The notes beneath the pieces are model-generated. The model did no database searches. It was not told where the DNA came from and was given only the letters and a program-made list of their open reading frames with translations. 64,000 bases of DNA from positions 10,065 to 74,064 of the forward strand of contig JBDRQI010000012.1 of the NCBI GenBank assembly GCA_043826355.1, written 5' to 3'. Numbering within the stretch: position 1 is the first letter of the stretch; the number at the start of each line of letters is the position of its first letter. The stretch is from Candidatus Omnitrophota bacterium (lineage in GTDB: Bacteria > Ratteibacteria > UBA8468 > MWAK01). Of the stretch, positions 47,468 through 56,377 are shown one piece after another. A program made the translations under genes and the position numbers.

Positions 47468-48262
47468 TTAATGTAGATGGGGATGGATGTGTGTCGTATC
47501 TTTATGTTTATGGCTGTGGATGTGGACGAGGTTATTGTCGTGCAGCAGCAGCCCGTCATTTAAGATCTCTTCCGGTTTGCCGGATTTGACGATTCTTTTC
47601 TCCGGGCTGAACACGTAAATCATATCCGAGATTTCTTCCGCGAGGTGCAGGTCATGGGTGGAGATGACGATTGTTTTTCCGGAATTATTGGCCTGGATAA
47701 GCAGATCGATAATGTGTCTGGTTGTCAAGGGGTCTAAACCAGCTGTCGGTTCATCCAGGATAAGCACGTCCGGGTTGATTATTAAAGTGGAAGCTAAGGC
47801 AACCTTTCGTTTTTCGCCGATGCTTAACTGGTGGGGCGGCCGGTCGAGCAGGTCTTTCAGGTTTAAAATACCAATGAGTTCTTCCAGGCGGTCTTCAATT
47901 TCCTCTTTTTCCATTCCCAGTTGCAGCGGTCCAAAGATTATATCTTCCTTAGCCGTAGGGCAGAATAACTGGACTTCCGGGTTTTGAAAAACAAGCCCCA
48001 CCTTCCTTCGGAAATTTTTCGAGAAATCCGCATCGTTGAAAATACTCTCTTTTATATCAGAACCGAAGGCCGTAACAGTACCCTGGTTGGGGAAGATAAG
48101 GCCGTCAAGGATGTGCAAGAGCGTCGATTTTCCGGAACCGTTAGCGCCGATAACGGTTACTTTTTCTCCCGCCTGGATATTGATGCTTACGCCGGATAAA
48201 GCCGGAAACTTTCCCAGATAGGAAAAAGAGATGTTTTTCAATTCAAAAATCAGAGGGTTCAT
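47468..48262 (-). CDS. cbiO: Ni/Co ECF transporter ATPase (NikO/CbiO) with His-rich tail
   Basis: GANGSGKST, VFQNP, LDEPT, STHD; C-terminal HIHSHKHKDTTHIHPHLH. Confidence 0.88.
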   Translation of the reverse strand: MNPLIFELKNISFSYLGKFPALSGVSINIQAGEKVTVIGANGSGKSTLLHILDGLIFPNQGTVTAFGSDIKESIFNDADFSKNFRRKVGLVFQNPEVQLFCPTAKEDIIFGPLQLGMEKEEIEDRLEELIGILNLKDLLDRPPHQLSIGEKRKVALASTLIINPDVLILDEPTAGLDPLTTRHIIDLLIQANNSGKTIVISTHDLHLAEEISDMIYVFSPEKRIVKSGKPEEILNDGLLLHDNNLVHIHSHKHKDTTHIHPHLH

Positions 48263-48280
48263 CGATTTTTTTGGATGCAG

Positions 48281-48337
48281 TATAGTTGCCAACCTTGGTT
48301 GGCGTTTTTAAAGAGCCGAGCAAATTCGGCAACTACA
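48281..48337. repeat. GTAG-type REP doublet, GTAGTTGCC subfamily
   Basis: TATAGTTGCCAACCTTGGTTGGC..GCCGAGCAAATTCGGCAACTACA; single degenerate copy at 59731. Confidence 0.78.
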
Positions 48338-48342
48338 ATTTA

Positions 48343-49164
48343 TTACACGATGGTCAAGGTTATGAAAATCGTCAGCACGCAAAATAACCAGAGCCAATCC
48401 CGCAAACCGGCTTTAAAATTATTCAAGACAAATGATTCTCCGTTGTAACCCCGGGAAAGCATGGCTTGGTAAACATCTTCATTTAACTGATGCGAATGTT
48501 GCCAGAGAGATGCGATATTGGAAGCCACGATGCGCTGTCCTTTTTTGGAACGGACTTTTGTGCCGACACGGCTTTTAACGGCAAGATAGGTATTTTCAAT
48601 TATCCCGACAAAGAGAAAAATATACCGGTAACACATGCCCAGCGTCATCACGAAAACCTGGGGAATCCCAAAAATGCGCAGCACCCTGAGCAGTTCAAAA
48701 TGTTTGGTGGTGATACTCAAGAGAACGACAAAAGATACGGAGGTTATCACGCGCGCAACAAACAGCGCTGCGCCGGATAAGCCCTGGCGGGTAATGGTAA
48801 GTGTAAGCCCCGCCATTTTTACGGTTGTTAAAGGTTCTCCCGGCGTGAAAATGCTGAAGATGGCGGGGAAGGCGATGAAAAGCGAAAAAAGGGGGATGAA
48901 TACCCAGGTTCTTTTTAAGAAAAACCCCAAACGGATTTTAGAAAAACATGCCAGTAGAATAGATATCGCGTAAAGACATAACAAAATAAAGATGTTCTTT
49001 GTGAATAGTATCTGAACAAGGAACAATAGGAACGTTACCGTTTTTATTCGCGGGTCAAGGGATTGCAGGAACCCTTTCTTCGAGGCATATTCGTCGGAAA
49101 AGATCGAATCCTTAAAAAACGACAAAGCGCCTGAAATGGAATGTTCTATAAAATTATTTTTTAT
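48343..49164 (-). CDS. cbiQ: Ni/Co ECF transporter T component (NikQ/CbiQ); start uncertain (ATA 49164 or TTG 49125)
   Basis: LQSLDPRIK, YRYIF, AMLSRGY. Confidence 0.88.
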   Translation of the reverse strand: MKNNFIEHSISGALSFFKDSIFSDEYASKKGFLQSLDPRIKTVTFLLFLVQILFTKNIFILLCLYAISILLACFSKIRLGFFLKRTWVFIPLFSLFIAFPAIFSIFTPGEPLTTVKMAGLTLTITRQGLSGAALFVARVITSVSFVVLLSITTKHFELLRVLRIFGIPQVFVMTLGMCYRYIFLFVGIIENTYLAVKSRVGTKVRSKKGQRIVASNIASLWQHSHQLNEDVYQAMLSRGYNGESFVLNNFKAGLRDWLWLFCVLTIFITLTIV

Positions 49165-49501
49165 TGTTGGCCACCTTTTTGGTTAAATTTTTGCCGATAA
49201 GCCACGTCAGGGCGGAGACGAGGGCGATACCCACAACAGCGGATATTATATAGGCAAAACTCAAACCTGACAACCCCTTCTCTTCCCAACCCTTGAAGGC
49301 ATAATCAGGGAGAGGCGCATTCCAGAGCGTTGACAACTTCGCCAGGCCCTTGGGAATGTATCCCACGAGCGCCTGCATTTCATCTGCGCCCCATTCGCCC
49401 CAGGCGGCTCCGGCTTTGAAGTGTTCCGGCATTATCAATCCCAGAGGAGAAAGAACGATAAGAATCGCCATCCCAATCCATAATTTAGTGGTAATCTTCA
49501 T
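49154..49501 (-). CDS. Ni/Co ECF auxiliary component (NikN/PDGLE-like)
   Basis: LSPLGL, AWGEW, APLPDY. Confidence 0.82.
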   Translation of the reverse strand: MKITTKLWIGMAILIVLSPLGLIMPEHFKAGAAWGEWGADEMQALVGYIPKGLAKLSTLWNAPLPDYAFKGWEEKGLSGLSFAYIISAVVGIALVSALTWLIGKNLTKKVANNKK

Positions 49502-49513
49502 AAATTCCCTCCG

Positions 49514-50188
49514 CTATTTGTTAAAAAGAAGATTCGCGTCCTGCTTCTGCAGAAATTTAACCACCAATGCGGTTACAATAGCTTCAACCCAGCCGAATAT
49601 TAACAGATGTTCTCCGGACATAACCGGGACCGCGACGTTGAGTCCGTAAGGACAGTATAAGGCCTGTCCGGAGGCGGTGTGGTGCAGGAGCGGCTGCAGT
49701 CCAAACTCAACCCCTGTCAGCAAAGCCGCCGCGTTAAGACCGATGTAGGCGGCCGCCCCCGCCGCAAATACTCTCCGGTTTGAATCCCGGGGAGCTTTAT
49801 ATGCCAGTGCCCTGTAAATATAATATCCTGCAAAAGGCATGACAAAGGCCATGTTAAAGCAGTTGGCCGCCAGGGTGGTTATCCCGCCGTCTCCAAATAA
49901 CAACGCCTGTATCACCAGCGCAACGGTTATCGCAATGGAGGCCGCCCAGGGTCCCAAAAGTATTGCCGCCAGAACTCCCCCGGTCGCGTGGCCGGTTGAA
50001 CCGCCGAGTATCGGCACGTTGAACAGCATGACCACAAAACTGAACGCTGCGGCGACGGCCAGCATCGGCACCTGTTTCGCCTTGAGCGTTTTTTTGACAA
50101 TCTTTGAGGCAATTGCCCAGATGGGCAGCATCACCACGTAGAAGAAGCCGGAGGTCGCCGGTCCCAGATATCCGTCAGGTATGTGCAT
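49514..50188 (-). CDS. cbiM: Ni/Co ECF substrate-binding component (NikM/CbiM)
   Basis: N-terminal MHIPDG metal-binding motif, GSTGH, FGDGG. Confidence 0.93.
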   Translation of the reverse strand: MHIPDGYLGPATSGFFYVVMLPIWAIASKIVKKTLKAKQVPMLAVAAAFSFVVMLFNVPILGGSTGHATGGVLAAILLGPWAASIAITVALVIQALLFGDGGITTLAANCFNMAFVMPFAGYYIYRALAYKAPRDSNRRVFAAGAAAYIGLNAAALLTGVEFGLQPLLHHTASGQALYCPYGLNVAVPVMSGEHLLIFGWVEAIVTALVVKFLQKQDANLLFNK

Positions 50189-50215
50189 AATCCATTTCCT
50201 CCTTTTTTAAATCCG

Positions 50216-51034
50216 TTAGAAACACCAGGTCAGCCCGGCCAGAAATGATTGGTCGGTCTCTTCGTCGTTCAGGCCGACTTTGAAACCAAAGTCAACGCTG
50301 GTATTTTCAGTGAGAGAATATATAAATCCGGCCAGCAGAAAAACCGGGTCGCTCTCGGCTTCTTTGTCGGGATTTTTTTCCGCGCCGATGTTGACGACCA
50401 ATGCCAGTTTCTCGGTCAGCCCGGTCTCTGTTGCCAGAGAAAGATGCCAGAGGTCTTCTTCTTCGTCGAAGTCATTTTCGTTCCTGCCGTAGCCCGCATT
50501 GAAATGCAGGGCGGTCTTTCCCTTCTCGAATGTGGTGATAAAGTAGAGGCTGTAATTAACCTTGCCGGTTCCCAGGCCTTTGTCTTTATCGCCGGTAGAT
50601 ATGGAAAAGCCGGGTTTCAGGGCAAGACTCCATCCGTTTTTTTCAAAGAACCGCCATTTCAATTCCAAGCCTGCGTCTCCGAAACCGTTTTCATCGAAAA
50701 CCTTAACGCCGTTTTCTTTTCCCGTAATCCACTGGTAGGGAATCCCGAAGACCAAATCTGTTTTATCGTTCAATCCAAAACAGAGGGTGACGGCCAGTTC
50801 CGAACTTTCTTCTTTGACGCTTCCCTCGCTTTCAAAATCAAATTGGGTGTTCAATTCCAATTGGACTTTGCCTTTGCCCACTGTTCCCGCATCATCGGTT
50901 ATCAACGGATGGGCCGCAAAGGTCGTGCGGGCAGCGGTCAGAACCAAAACGGCGCAAAAGCCGATTTGGCCGGCTTGAATAACAAAAACCTTCCCTTTCC
51001 CCGAAAACCTTCCTTTCTTGATTCCCTGTATCAT
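50216..51034 (-). CDS. outer-membrane beta-barrel (transporter family) in the Ni/Co operon
   Basis: Signal peptide then HPLITDDAGT; amphipathic strands; C-terminal Phe. Confidence 0.75.
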   Translation of the reverse strand: MIQGIKKGRFSGKGKVFVIQAGQIGFCAVLVLTAARTTFAAHPLITDDAGTVGKGKVQLELNTQFDFESEGSVKEESSELAVTLCFGLNDKTDLVFGIPYQWITGKENGVKVFDENGFGDAGLELKWRFFEKNGWSLALKPGFSISTGDKDKGLGTGKVNYSLYFITTFEKGKTALHFNAGYGRNENDFDEEEDLWHLSLATETGLTEKLALVVNIGAEKNPDKEAESDPVFLLAGFIYSLTENTSVDFGFKVGLNDEETDQSFLAGLTWCF

Positions 51035-51048
51035 TTTTCTCCCTTTTC

Positions 51049-51075
51049 GTGTTATGAATTATGGTTTCGTGTTAC
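51049..51075. promoter_or_regulatory. putative NikR operator
   Basis: GTGTTAT-N13-GTGTTAC direct repeat just upstream of the transporter operon. Confidence 0.7.
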
Positions 51076-51099
51076 GAAAACGCAAAAAAAATAATACCG

Positions 51100-51516
51100 T
51101 TACTGAATTTCTTTGCCGGTGGTGGACATGTTCAGGTTCGCATGCTTCACTCCTTTTACCGACGCCAGACTGTTGGTCAGTTTTTGGGCCTCTTTTGGAG
51201 AACCCTTGACCGCGATGATTTCCAGGCAATTATTGTGGTCCAGGTGGATGTGTTGGGTGGAAATAATGGTATCGCCGAAATCGTGCTGGATATCCATCAG
51301 TTTATTTACCAGTTCCCGCTTATGGTGGTCATAAACAAGCGTAACGGCCCCGGCGATTTCACCGCCGGTTTCCCACTGTTTCTGAACCAGTTCCCGGCGG
51401 ATTAAATCCCGGAGCGCCTCGGAACGGCAAGTATAATTCTTTTTTTTAGAGAGGCGGTCAAATTTCTCCAGAAGTTCCTGGTCCAGTGATACGCCAAAAC
51501 GTACGACTTTCGGCAT
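51100..51516 (-). CDS. nikR: nickel-responsive regulator
   Basis: RFGVS ribbon, RSEALRDLIR, YDHH, HIHLDHNNCLE. Confidence 0.96.
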   Translation of the reverse strand: MPKVVRFGVSLDQELLEKFDRLSKKKNYTCRSEALRDLIRRELVQKQWETGGEIAGAVTLVYDHHKRELVNKLMDIQHDFGDTIISTQHIHLDHNNCLEIIAVKGSPKEAQKLTNSLASVKGVKHANLNMSTTGKEIQ

Positions 51517-51537
51517 CTTTTTCTCCGTATTTTTGTA

Positions 51538-51584
51538 ATAATACGATTTTAAAAATTATAACACGCAATATTTTAGGCTGTCAA
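51538..51584 (-). promoter_or_regulatory. nikR sigma70 promoter overlapped by a second putative NikR operator
   Basis: TTGACA (51584-79), 18 bp, TATAAT (51560-55); GTGTTAT-N13-GTATTAT at 51564-51538. Confidence 0.72.
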
Positions 51585-51607
51585 CCACACTAATTCTTTA
51601 TGATTTA

Positions 51608-52213
51608 TTATTTCAGGTACGGTTTAATCTCTTCGTATATTCTCTTCGCCATAACCGCGTAACCTCTGGCGTTGGGGTGGATGGTATCGCTCATCAGGCC
51701 GGGGTTGCCAATTATGCCTTTCAGGATGTTCGGAATCAAGAGCGTTTTCTTCTGCCGGGCCAGACGCTTAAAGCCGCTGAGGTACGGGTCTTTCAGCAGC
51801 CCGGTTTTTACTTCTGCCAGCGTCACGGCCGCGCCACCTGATTGAATCAAATCCACAATCTTTTCCAGGTTTCGGAACGTTTCTTCTTCCGGCAGTTTTT
51901 GTAAAAAATCGTTGCCGCCCAGGATTACGATGACCATCTGTGGGTCCTGTTCCAGGACGTTTTTTTTAATCCTTTTTAAGGCGTCTCCGGCGGTGTCCCC
52001 GCTGACGCCCGCGTTAATTACCTTCCGGCCCAAGTATCCGGAGAGGACGGAAGGGTAATCCCGGCCCGGTTCCGCGCCCACGCCCTCGGTCAAACTGTCG
52101 CCCAGGCAGATAATGTTGGAACCGCGGGAGTCAAGGTTTTTAATATCCGGCGTCCTGGAGCAGCCGGCAAACAGGGCGGGAAGGAGGAGAATAAAAGCCA
52201 GGGATTTATTCAT
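51608..52213 (-). CDS. GDSL/SGNH arylesterase lipoprotein
   Basis: FAGC lipobox, GDSLT, NAGVSG, GGND, DTIHP. Confidence 0.9.
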   Translation of the reverse strand: MNKSLAFILLLPALFAGCSRTPDIKNLDSRGSNIICLGDSLTEGVGAEPGRDYPSVLSGYLGRKVINAGVSGDTAGDALKRIKKNVLEQDPQMVIVILGGNDFLQKLPEEETFRNLEKIVDLIQSGGAAVTLAEVKTGLLKDPYLSGFKRLARQKKTLLIPNILKGIIGNPGLMSDTIHPNARGYAVMAKRIYEEIKPYLK

Positions 52214-52856
52214 AAATAACTTCGATTATCTTTTTGTATACCTCCGAAAAATCATCGGTCCGGCAGCTATAGTCCACCGTTTCCGAAAGACGCCGGGAAG
52301 AGGAGTTGAAGGCGATGGAATAGCCGGCGGCCCTGGAGAGGGGTATGTCCCCTTCGCTGTCGCCGACGCTGATAACCTGGCGCGGCGCGGTCCCTATCTC
52401 CTTGATTATCTTCTTCAGGGCTTTTCCCTTGGCGCCGTGGGTCAGGTTTATTTTGACCCCGCCGGTAAGGATACCCTTGTATGTTTTCAGTTCGTTGGAG
52501 AGGATATATTCAAACCCCAGTTCCTTTTCCAGCCGTTGGGGAAGATACTGAAGGCCGGTTGAAACGGCGATCAGCTTCAGGCCGAGTTTTTTTAATTTTT
52601 TAATTGAGATTACCGCGTTTTTGGCGTAGGGAACATCTTGAAAAAGTTTTTCAACATTTTTCTCCGGCAGACCTTTCCAGTGGGCGGCGTCCAGTTCGCA
52701 GAATTTCCGGTAACTTATCCGGTTGGCCAGGAAGAGTTCCTGGTACCGGCAGGCAAGGACGTCCCACTTGCCCAGTTTTTCGTGGATGTATCTCCAGGAA
52801 CTGACCGGGGTGGTAATCGTGCCGTCTATGTCAAAGATAACCGCTTTGTATTTCAT
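52206..52856 (-). CDS. HAD phosphatase, phosphoserine-phosphatase-like
   Basis: FDIDGT, STG, K, GDSEGD; start placed at MKYKAV. Confidence 0.82.
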   Translation of the reverse strand: MKYKAVIFDIDGTITTPVSSWRYIHEKLGKWDVLACRYQELFLANRISYRKFCELDAAHWKGLPEKNVEKLFQDVPYAKNAVISIKKLKKLGLKLIAVSTGLQYLPQRLEKELGFEYILSNELKTYKGILTGGVKINLTHGAKGKALKKIIKEIGTAPRQVISVGDSEGDIPLSRAAGYSIAFNSSSRRLSETVDYSCRTDDFSEVYKKIIEVIYE

Positions 52857-53904
52857 GTTTTTTTCCGGCCAACTGGCCGCAGGCGGCCGCGATGTCGTTT
52901 CCTCTGGATTTACGGATGGTGACGAAGACCTCTTTTTGGGTGAGCCGTTTTGCAAAAAAAAGAACGCTCTCTTTTCCCGGCGTCCGGTAATCATTTCCGG
53001 TAACCGGACTGTAACCGAGCAGATTAACTTTGGCTTTCAGATTTTTAGCTATATCAACCAGTTTTTCCGCGCAGTCAACGGAATCGTTAACGTCCTTGAC
53101 CAGCAGGTATTCCAGGGTGACGACCCGGCCGGTATGCCGGGTGTAGTCGGCCAGCGCCGGGACCAATTCCTTCAGGGGATATTTTTTGCTGACCGGCATA
53201 AGTTTGCGGCGGAGTTCTTCCTCGGCAGCGTGCAGGGAAACGGATAATTCCACTTGAAGGCCCAGGTTTTGAAAGCGGGTTATAGCCGGGATGATGCCGC
53301 AGGTGGAGACGGTAATCTTGCGGGCGCCGATGTTCAGGCCCTGGCCGTGGTTGATGACGCTGATGGCCCGGACCAGGTTTTCGTAGTTATCGAACGGTTC
53401 GCCCATCCCCATAAAGACGACGTTGGTTATCTTTTGGTTACGGCCAAAACGGATAAAGAGCAGTTGGTTGATAATCTCTGCCAGGGTAAGGTTCCGGGTG
53501 AAACCGATTTTGCCGCTGGCGCAAAAAGCGCATTTGTATTTGCAGCCGACCTGCGTGGAAAGACAGACGGTTCTCCGTTCCCGTTCCGGTATCAGGACGG
53601 TTTCAATGTATTCGGTTTGTGCAGGGGAGGGACTCTGCTCCCTCCCGGTTAGGCGGAAGAGAAATTTTTCGGTCCCGTCGGCTGACCGGGCAATTTCCGC
53701 AACCTCCGGCCGGCTGATATGGAAGAGCGCGTCCAGTTTTTCCCGGAGGTCTTTGGGCAGGTTCTCCATTTGGCTGAATTCTAAAACTCCCTTCCGATAC
53801 AGCCATTCCGATATCTGCCGGGCCCGGAAAGGGGGTGTGGGGATTTCAGCCAGCCGTTCCTCCAGTTCCGCTATCGTGAAATTTTTGATATCCTCTTTTT
53901 CCAT
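52831..53904 (-). CDS. rlmN: dual-specificity RNA methyltransferase carrying an in-frame REP hairpin
   Basis: STQVGCKYKCAFC, MGMGEP, SLHA, AACGQL. Confidence 0.96.
   Translation of the reverse strand: MEKEDIKNFTIAELEERLAEIPTPPFRARQISEWLYRKGVLEFSQMENLPKDLREKLDALFHISRPEVAEIARSADGTEKFLFRLTGREQSPSPAQTEYIETVLIPERERRTVCLSTQVGCKYKCAFCASGKIGFTRNLTLAEIINQLLFIRFGRNQKITNVVFMGMGEPFDNYENLVRAISVINHGQGLNIGARKITVSTCGIIPAITRFQNLGLQVELSVSLHAAEEELRRKLMPVSKKYPLKELVPALADYTRHTGRVVTLEYLLVKDVNDSVDCAEKLVDIAKNLKAKVNLLGYSPVTGNDYRTPGKESVLFFAKRLTQKEVFVTIRKSRGNDIAAACGQLAGKKHEIQSGYL
53620..53648. repeat. family-D single hairpin inside rlmN
   Basis: TGCAGGGGAGGG-ACTCTGCT-CCCTCCCGG; matches the reverse complement of 33612-33640. 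Confidence 0.78.
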
Positions 53905-54836
53905 TCCAATTCCTCTTCCCTTGGGAGAGAGGATGAAGGCAAGGGGGGTGTTATTCGGTATTTTTTTATCAGCCGGACCGGGTTATATGACATTTTTGCT
54001 CTTCTTAACCCTTCAACGCCGAGATCCTGCTCCCGGTTTACGAAAGCAAAATCCTGCGCCTGGTTCTTCAAAAATTCCCAATTAATCGCCTGGTAAAGCC
54101 CGATAATCCCGTTCTTGGCTTTTTCCACGTGTATGACCATGGTGTCATTATTTAACCGTTCGCCCAGGGTCAGAGCCACTATTTTTTCGCCGATTCGGAT
54201 AATTCCGCCCTCGCTGCTTAAAGCATGGAAATTCTTGAGCATTTGCCGGACCGCGCAATGCTCCTGTTTTAAACCCTCTATCTTTTCGCAGTCGCGTTCT
54301 TCGCACCATTCTTTTTTGAACTTTAAACATTCCGGGACCAGTTCCGGGGTCAGGTTTTGGTAGCGGTATTGGTATTTTTTCAGAAACTGGTTCAGGAGGT
54401 TCTTCTTGTCGTGGAACTTTTCGCCAGCCAGTTCCGTAAGTTCTCCGGCATCGTAAAGGTAATCGAAGTTATCCCGGTCTTCCGAAAGGACAAATTGCGA
54501 ATCATCCCAGGCGCTGGCCGCGATAAAATCCTCACCGGCCCGTTCTATGGCCGGGAGTCCGGTCTTTTCCTGCAAATATCCAAAACAGGTCTGAACCACT
54601 CCAACCGGGTCGCCGGTTACCAGGGGTTGTAAAAAGGAGAGTTTCTCTCCTGATTCCCTCAGAAGCAAAAAACCATTTTTATATTTTGATACCTGATAGT
54701 TATGGACCTTTTGCCACCCGAAAAGGTTGGTGAAGGTGAATTCGGAGACCACCGGCGGGTGTTCCCGAAAGTAACCTTCCAGCGCCTCGCGGTCTGCTGT
54801 TTCAATCGGCTTGAATTTTGGGAAAATAGGTATCAT
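53871..54836 (-). CDS. DUF2156 / aminoacyl-transferase-like protein
   Basis: SEFTFTNL, DYLY, KKN, HVEKA, GLYQ, NREQDLG..GLRRAKMSYNP; alternative start 54851. Confidence 0.85.
   Translation of the reverse strand: MIPIFPKFKPIETADREALEGYFREHPPVVSEFTFTNLFGWQKVHNYQVSKYKNGFLLLRESGEKLSFLQPLVTGDPVGVVQTCFGYLQEKTGLPAIERAGEDFIAASAWDDSQFVLSEDRDNFDYLYDAGELTELAGEKFHDKKNLLNQFLKKYQYRYQNLTPELVPECLKFKKEWCEERDCEKIEGLKQEHCAVRQMLKNFHALSSEGGIIRIGEKIVALTLGERLNNDTMVIHVEKAKNGIIGLYQAINWEFLKNQAQDFAFVNREQDLGVEGLRRAKMSYNPVRLIKKYRITPPLPSSSLPREEELEWKKRISKISR
53911..53948. repeat. family-E element in the C-terminal extension of the DUF2156 gene
   Basis: TCCTCTTCCCTTGGGAGAGAGGATGAAGGCAAGGGGGG. Confidence 0.7.
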
Positions 54837-54845
54837 ATGAAATAG

Positions 54846-54917
54846 TGTCATTCTGAGCGGTAGCGAAGAATCTCATCTTTAAATCGAGATCCTTCGCAAT
54901 TACGGCTCAGGATGACA
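54846..54917. repeat. palindromic element family A overlapping the HAD gene stop
   Basis: TGTCATTCTGAG..GAAGAATCTC..GAGATCCTTCG..CTCAGGATGACA. Confidence 0.9.
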
Positions 54918-55587
54918 AATCCGTGTACCATTCCAGCGCTTCTTTCGGCGCTTGAGACAGGTTTTTCGCGCACCAGTCCGCGCCGGCCGCAAAGAGTTCT
55001 TCTCTGATGAAACTGGTTGTCAGCGCCAGGCAGCGCCCGCCGCTCGCTTTTGCCGCGCGGACTCCGTTGACCGCGTCTTCCACGACCAGGCACTCGTCCG
55101 GTTTAAGGTTCAGCCGTTTTGCGGCCAGGATGAATATCTCCGGGTCCGGCTTCTTACGGATTACGTCTTCTCCGGTAATTACCGCGTCAAACGAAGAAGG
55201 GCTTACACCAATCTCTTTTAAATTTCCGGCCATCTTAACGTAATCGGCGCTGGTGGCCAGCACCATCTTTTTTCCGGATTTGCGGCAGGATTCCAGAAAA
55301 GCCAAAGCGCCTTTAAGCGGATGTAATTTTCCCCTGATTATCTCCAGGTATATTTCGTAGGTGCGTTTTTTGCCCGGCTGAAGTTTGAGCGGAAAGGCGT
55401 ATTTTTCCGCAACGCCTCCGATGAAACGGTCTTCCCCGGCGCCCACGAAGGGCAGGAAATCTTCCGGTTGAACGATAAGGCCGCGTTCGGTGAACATCAT
55501 CATAGCGGCCTTGCAGATGAATGGTTCCGAATCAAGGAGCACTCCATCCATGTCAAACATTACGCCGAAAGGCAGGGAAGGGTTCAT
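54907..55587 (-). CDS. HAD-IA hydrolase (beta-phosphoglucomutase-like)
   Basis: FDMDGVL, ATS, KPDPEIF, EDAVNG. Confidence 0.88.
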   Translation of the reverse strand: MNPSLPFGVMFDMDGVLLDSEPFICKAAMMMFTERGLIVQPEDFLPFVGAGEDRFIGGVAEKYAFPLKLQPGKKRTYEIYLEIIRGKLHPLKGALAFLESCRKSGKKMVLATSADYVKMAGNLKEIGVSPSSFDAVITGEDVIRKKPDPEIFILAAKRLNLKPDECLVVEDAVNGVRAAKASGGRCLALTTSFIREELFAAGADWCAKNLSQAPKEALEWYTDLSS

Positions 55588-55589
55588 GG

Positions 55590-55623
55590 TGTCATTGCGA
55601 GCGCCCCTCGCGCGGCAATCCCG
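55590..55623. repeat. palindromic element family B overlapping the TPR gene stop
   Basis: TGTCATTGCGAGCGCCCCTCGCGCGGCAATCCCG. Confidence 0.75.
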
Positions 55624-56377
55624 CAGTTGGTTGTTTCAGTTTCTTTATCTCCTTTTCAATAAATTCTTTCTGTTGTTTGTCCGGCGCCAGCGGCAGGCAG
55701 TATTCCCAGGCCTTAACTTTTTCCGAAACCGGATGCGAATCCTCGATTCTCCATACCTTCGGGCTGTAGGTCAGGGTACGCGCGTAGGTGGAGGCGTATT
55801 CAAAGTTGGCCGGGTCCAGTTCAATCGCCTTTCGGTATTCCTTCAGGCATTCTTCAAAAACGTCTTTCAGGGATTTGAATTCAGGCAGAACGATGAACCG
55901 GAAGACATCGTAATAAGTAGCCAGGTTGAAATGGAAGACAGGTACGTCCGTTTTCAGCCTGATGGCTTCTCTTGTTTCTTTGATTGCCCGTTCCGGTTTC
56001 CCGGAATCATGGCCGTAATACTCGGCAATACTGTTATGAAGGTACGGGTCCTGCGGATTGAGTTTTAACCCGGCACGCCATTCCCGGAGCGCTTCCTCCG
56101 GCATCCCGAAATCGTAATAGAGCCCGCCCAGATAATTTCGGGCATCAGTATTTTTGGGGTACTTTTTGAGGAAAGCCTGGTATTTTTTTATTAAATCGGC
56201 TACGGCTGACCTGACATCCGCTATTTCGTTGTTTTCAATCGCCTGTACCTGTTCGGAATCAAACCGGAGTATTTCGTCCAGTTCCTCCTTTTCGCTTGCA
56301 AATATTCCCGGCTTCGGGAAAAAGACCAGTCCGGCCAGCAGGAGAATGACCGCGTATTTCCGGCGGGAATTATTCAT
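55592..56377 (-). CDS. exported TPR-repeat protein
   Basis: Signal peptide; YLGGLYY..A..W..GLKLNP, AIELDP. Confidence 0.75.
   Translation of the reverse strand: MNNSRRKYAVILLLAGLVFFPKPGIFASEKEELDEILRFDSEQVQAIENNEIADVRSAVADLIKKYQAFLKKYPKNTDARNYLGGLYYDFGMPEEALREWRAGLKLNPQDPYLHNSIAEYYGHDSGKPERAIKETREAIRLKTDVPVFHFNLATYYDVFRFIVLPEFKSLKDVFEECLKEYRKAIELDPANFEYASTYARTLTYSPKVWRIEDSHPVSEKVKAWEYCLPLAPDKQQKEFIEKEIKKLKQPTAGLPREGRSQ

Noticed and set aside
50249..51094. 281-aa plus-strand ORF
   Set aside because: Antisense shadow of the beta-barrel gene.
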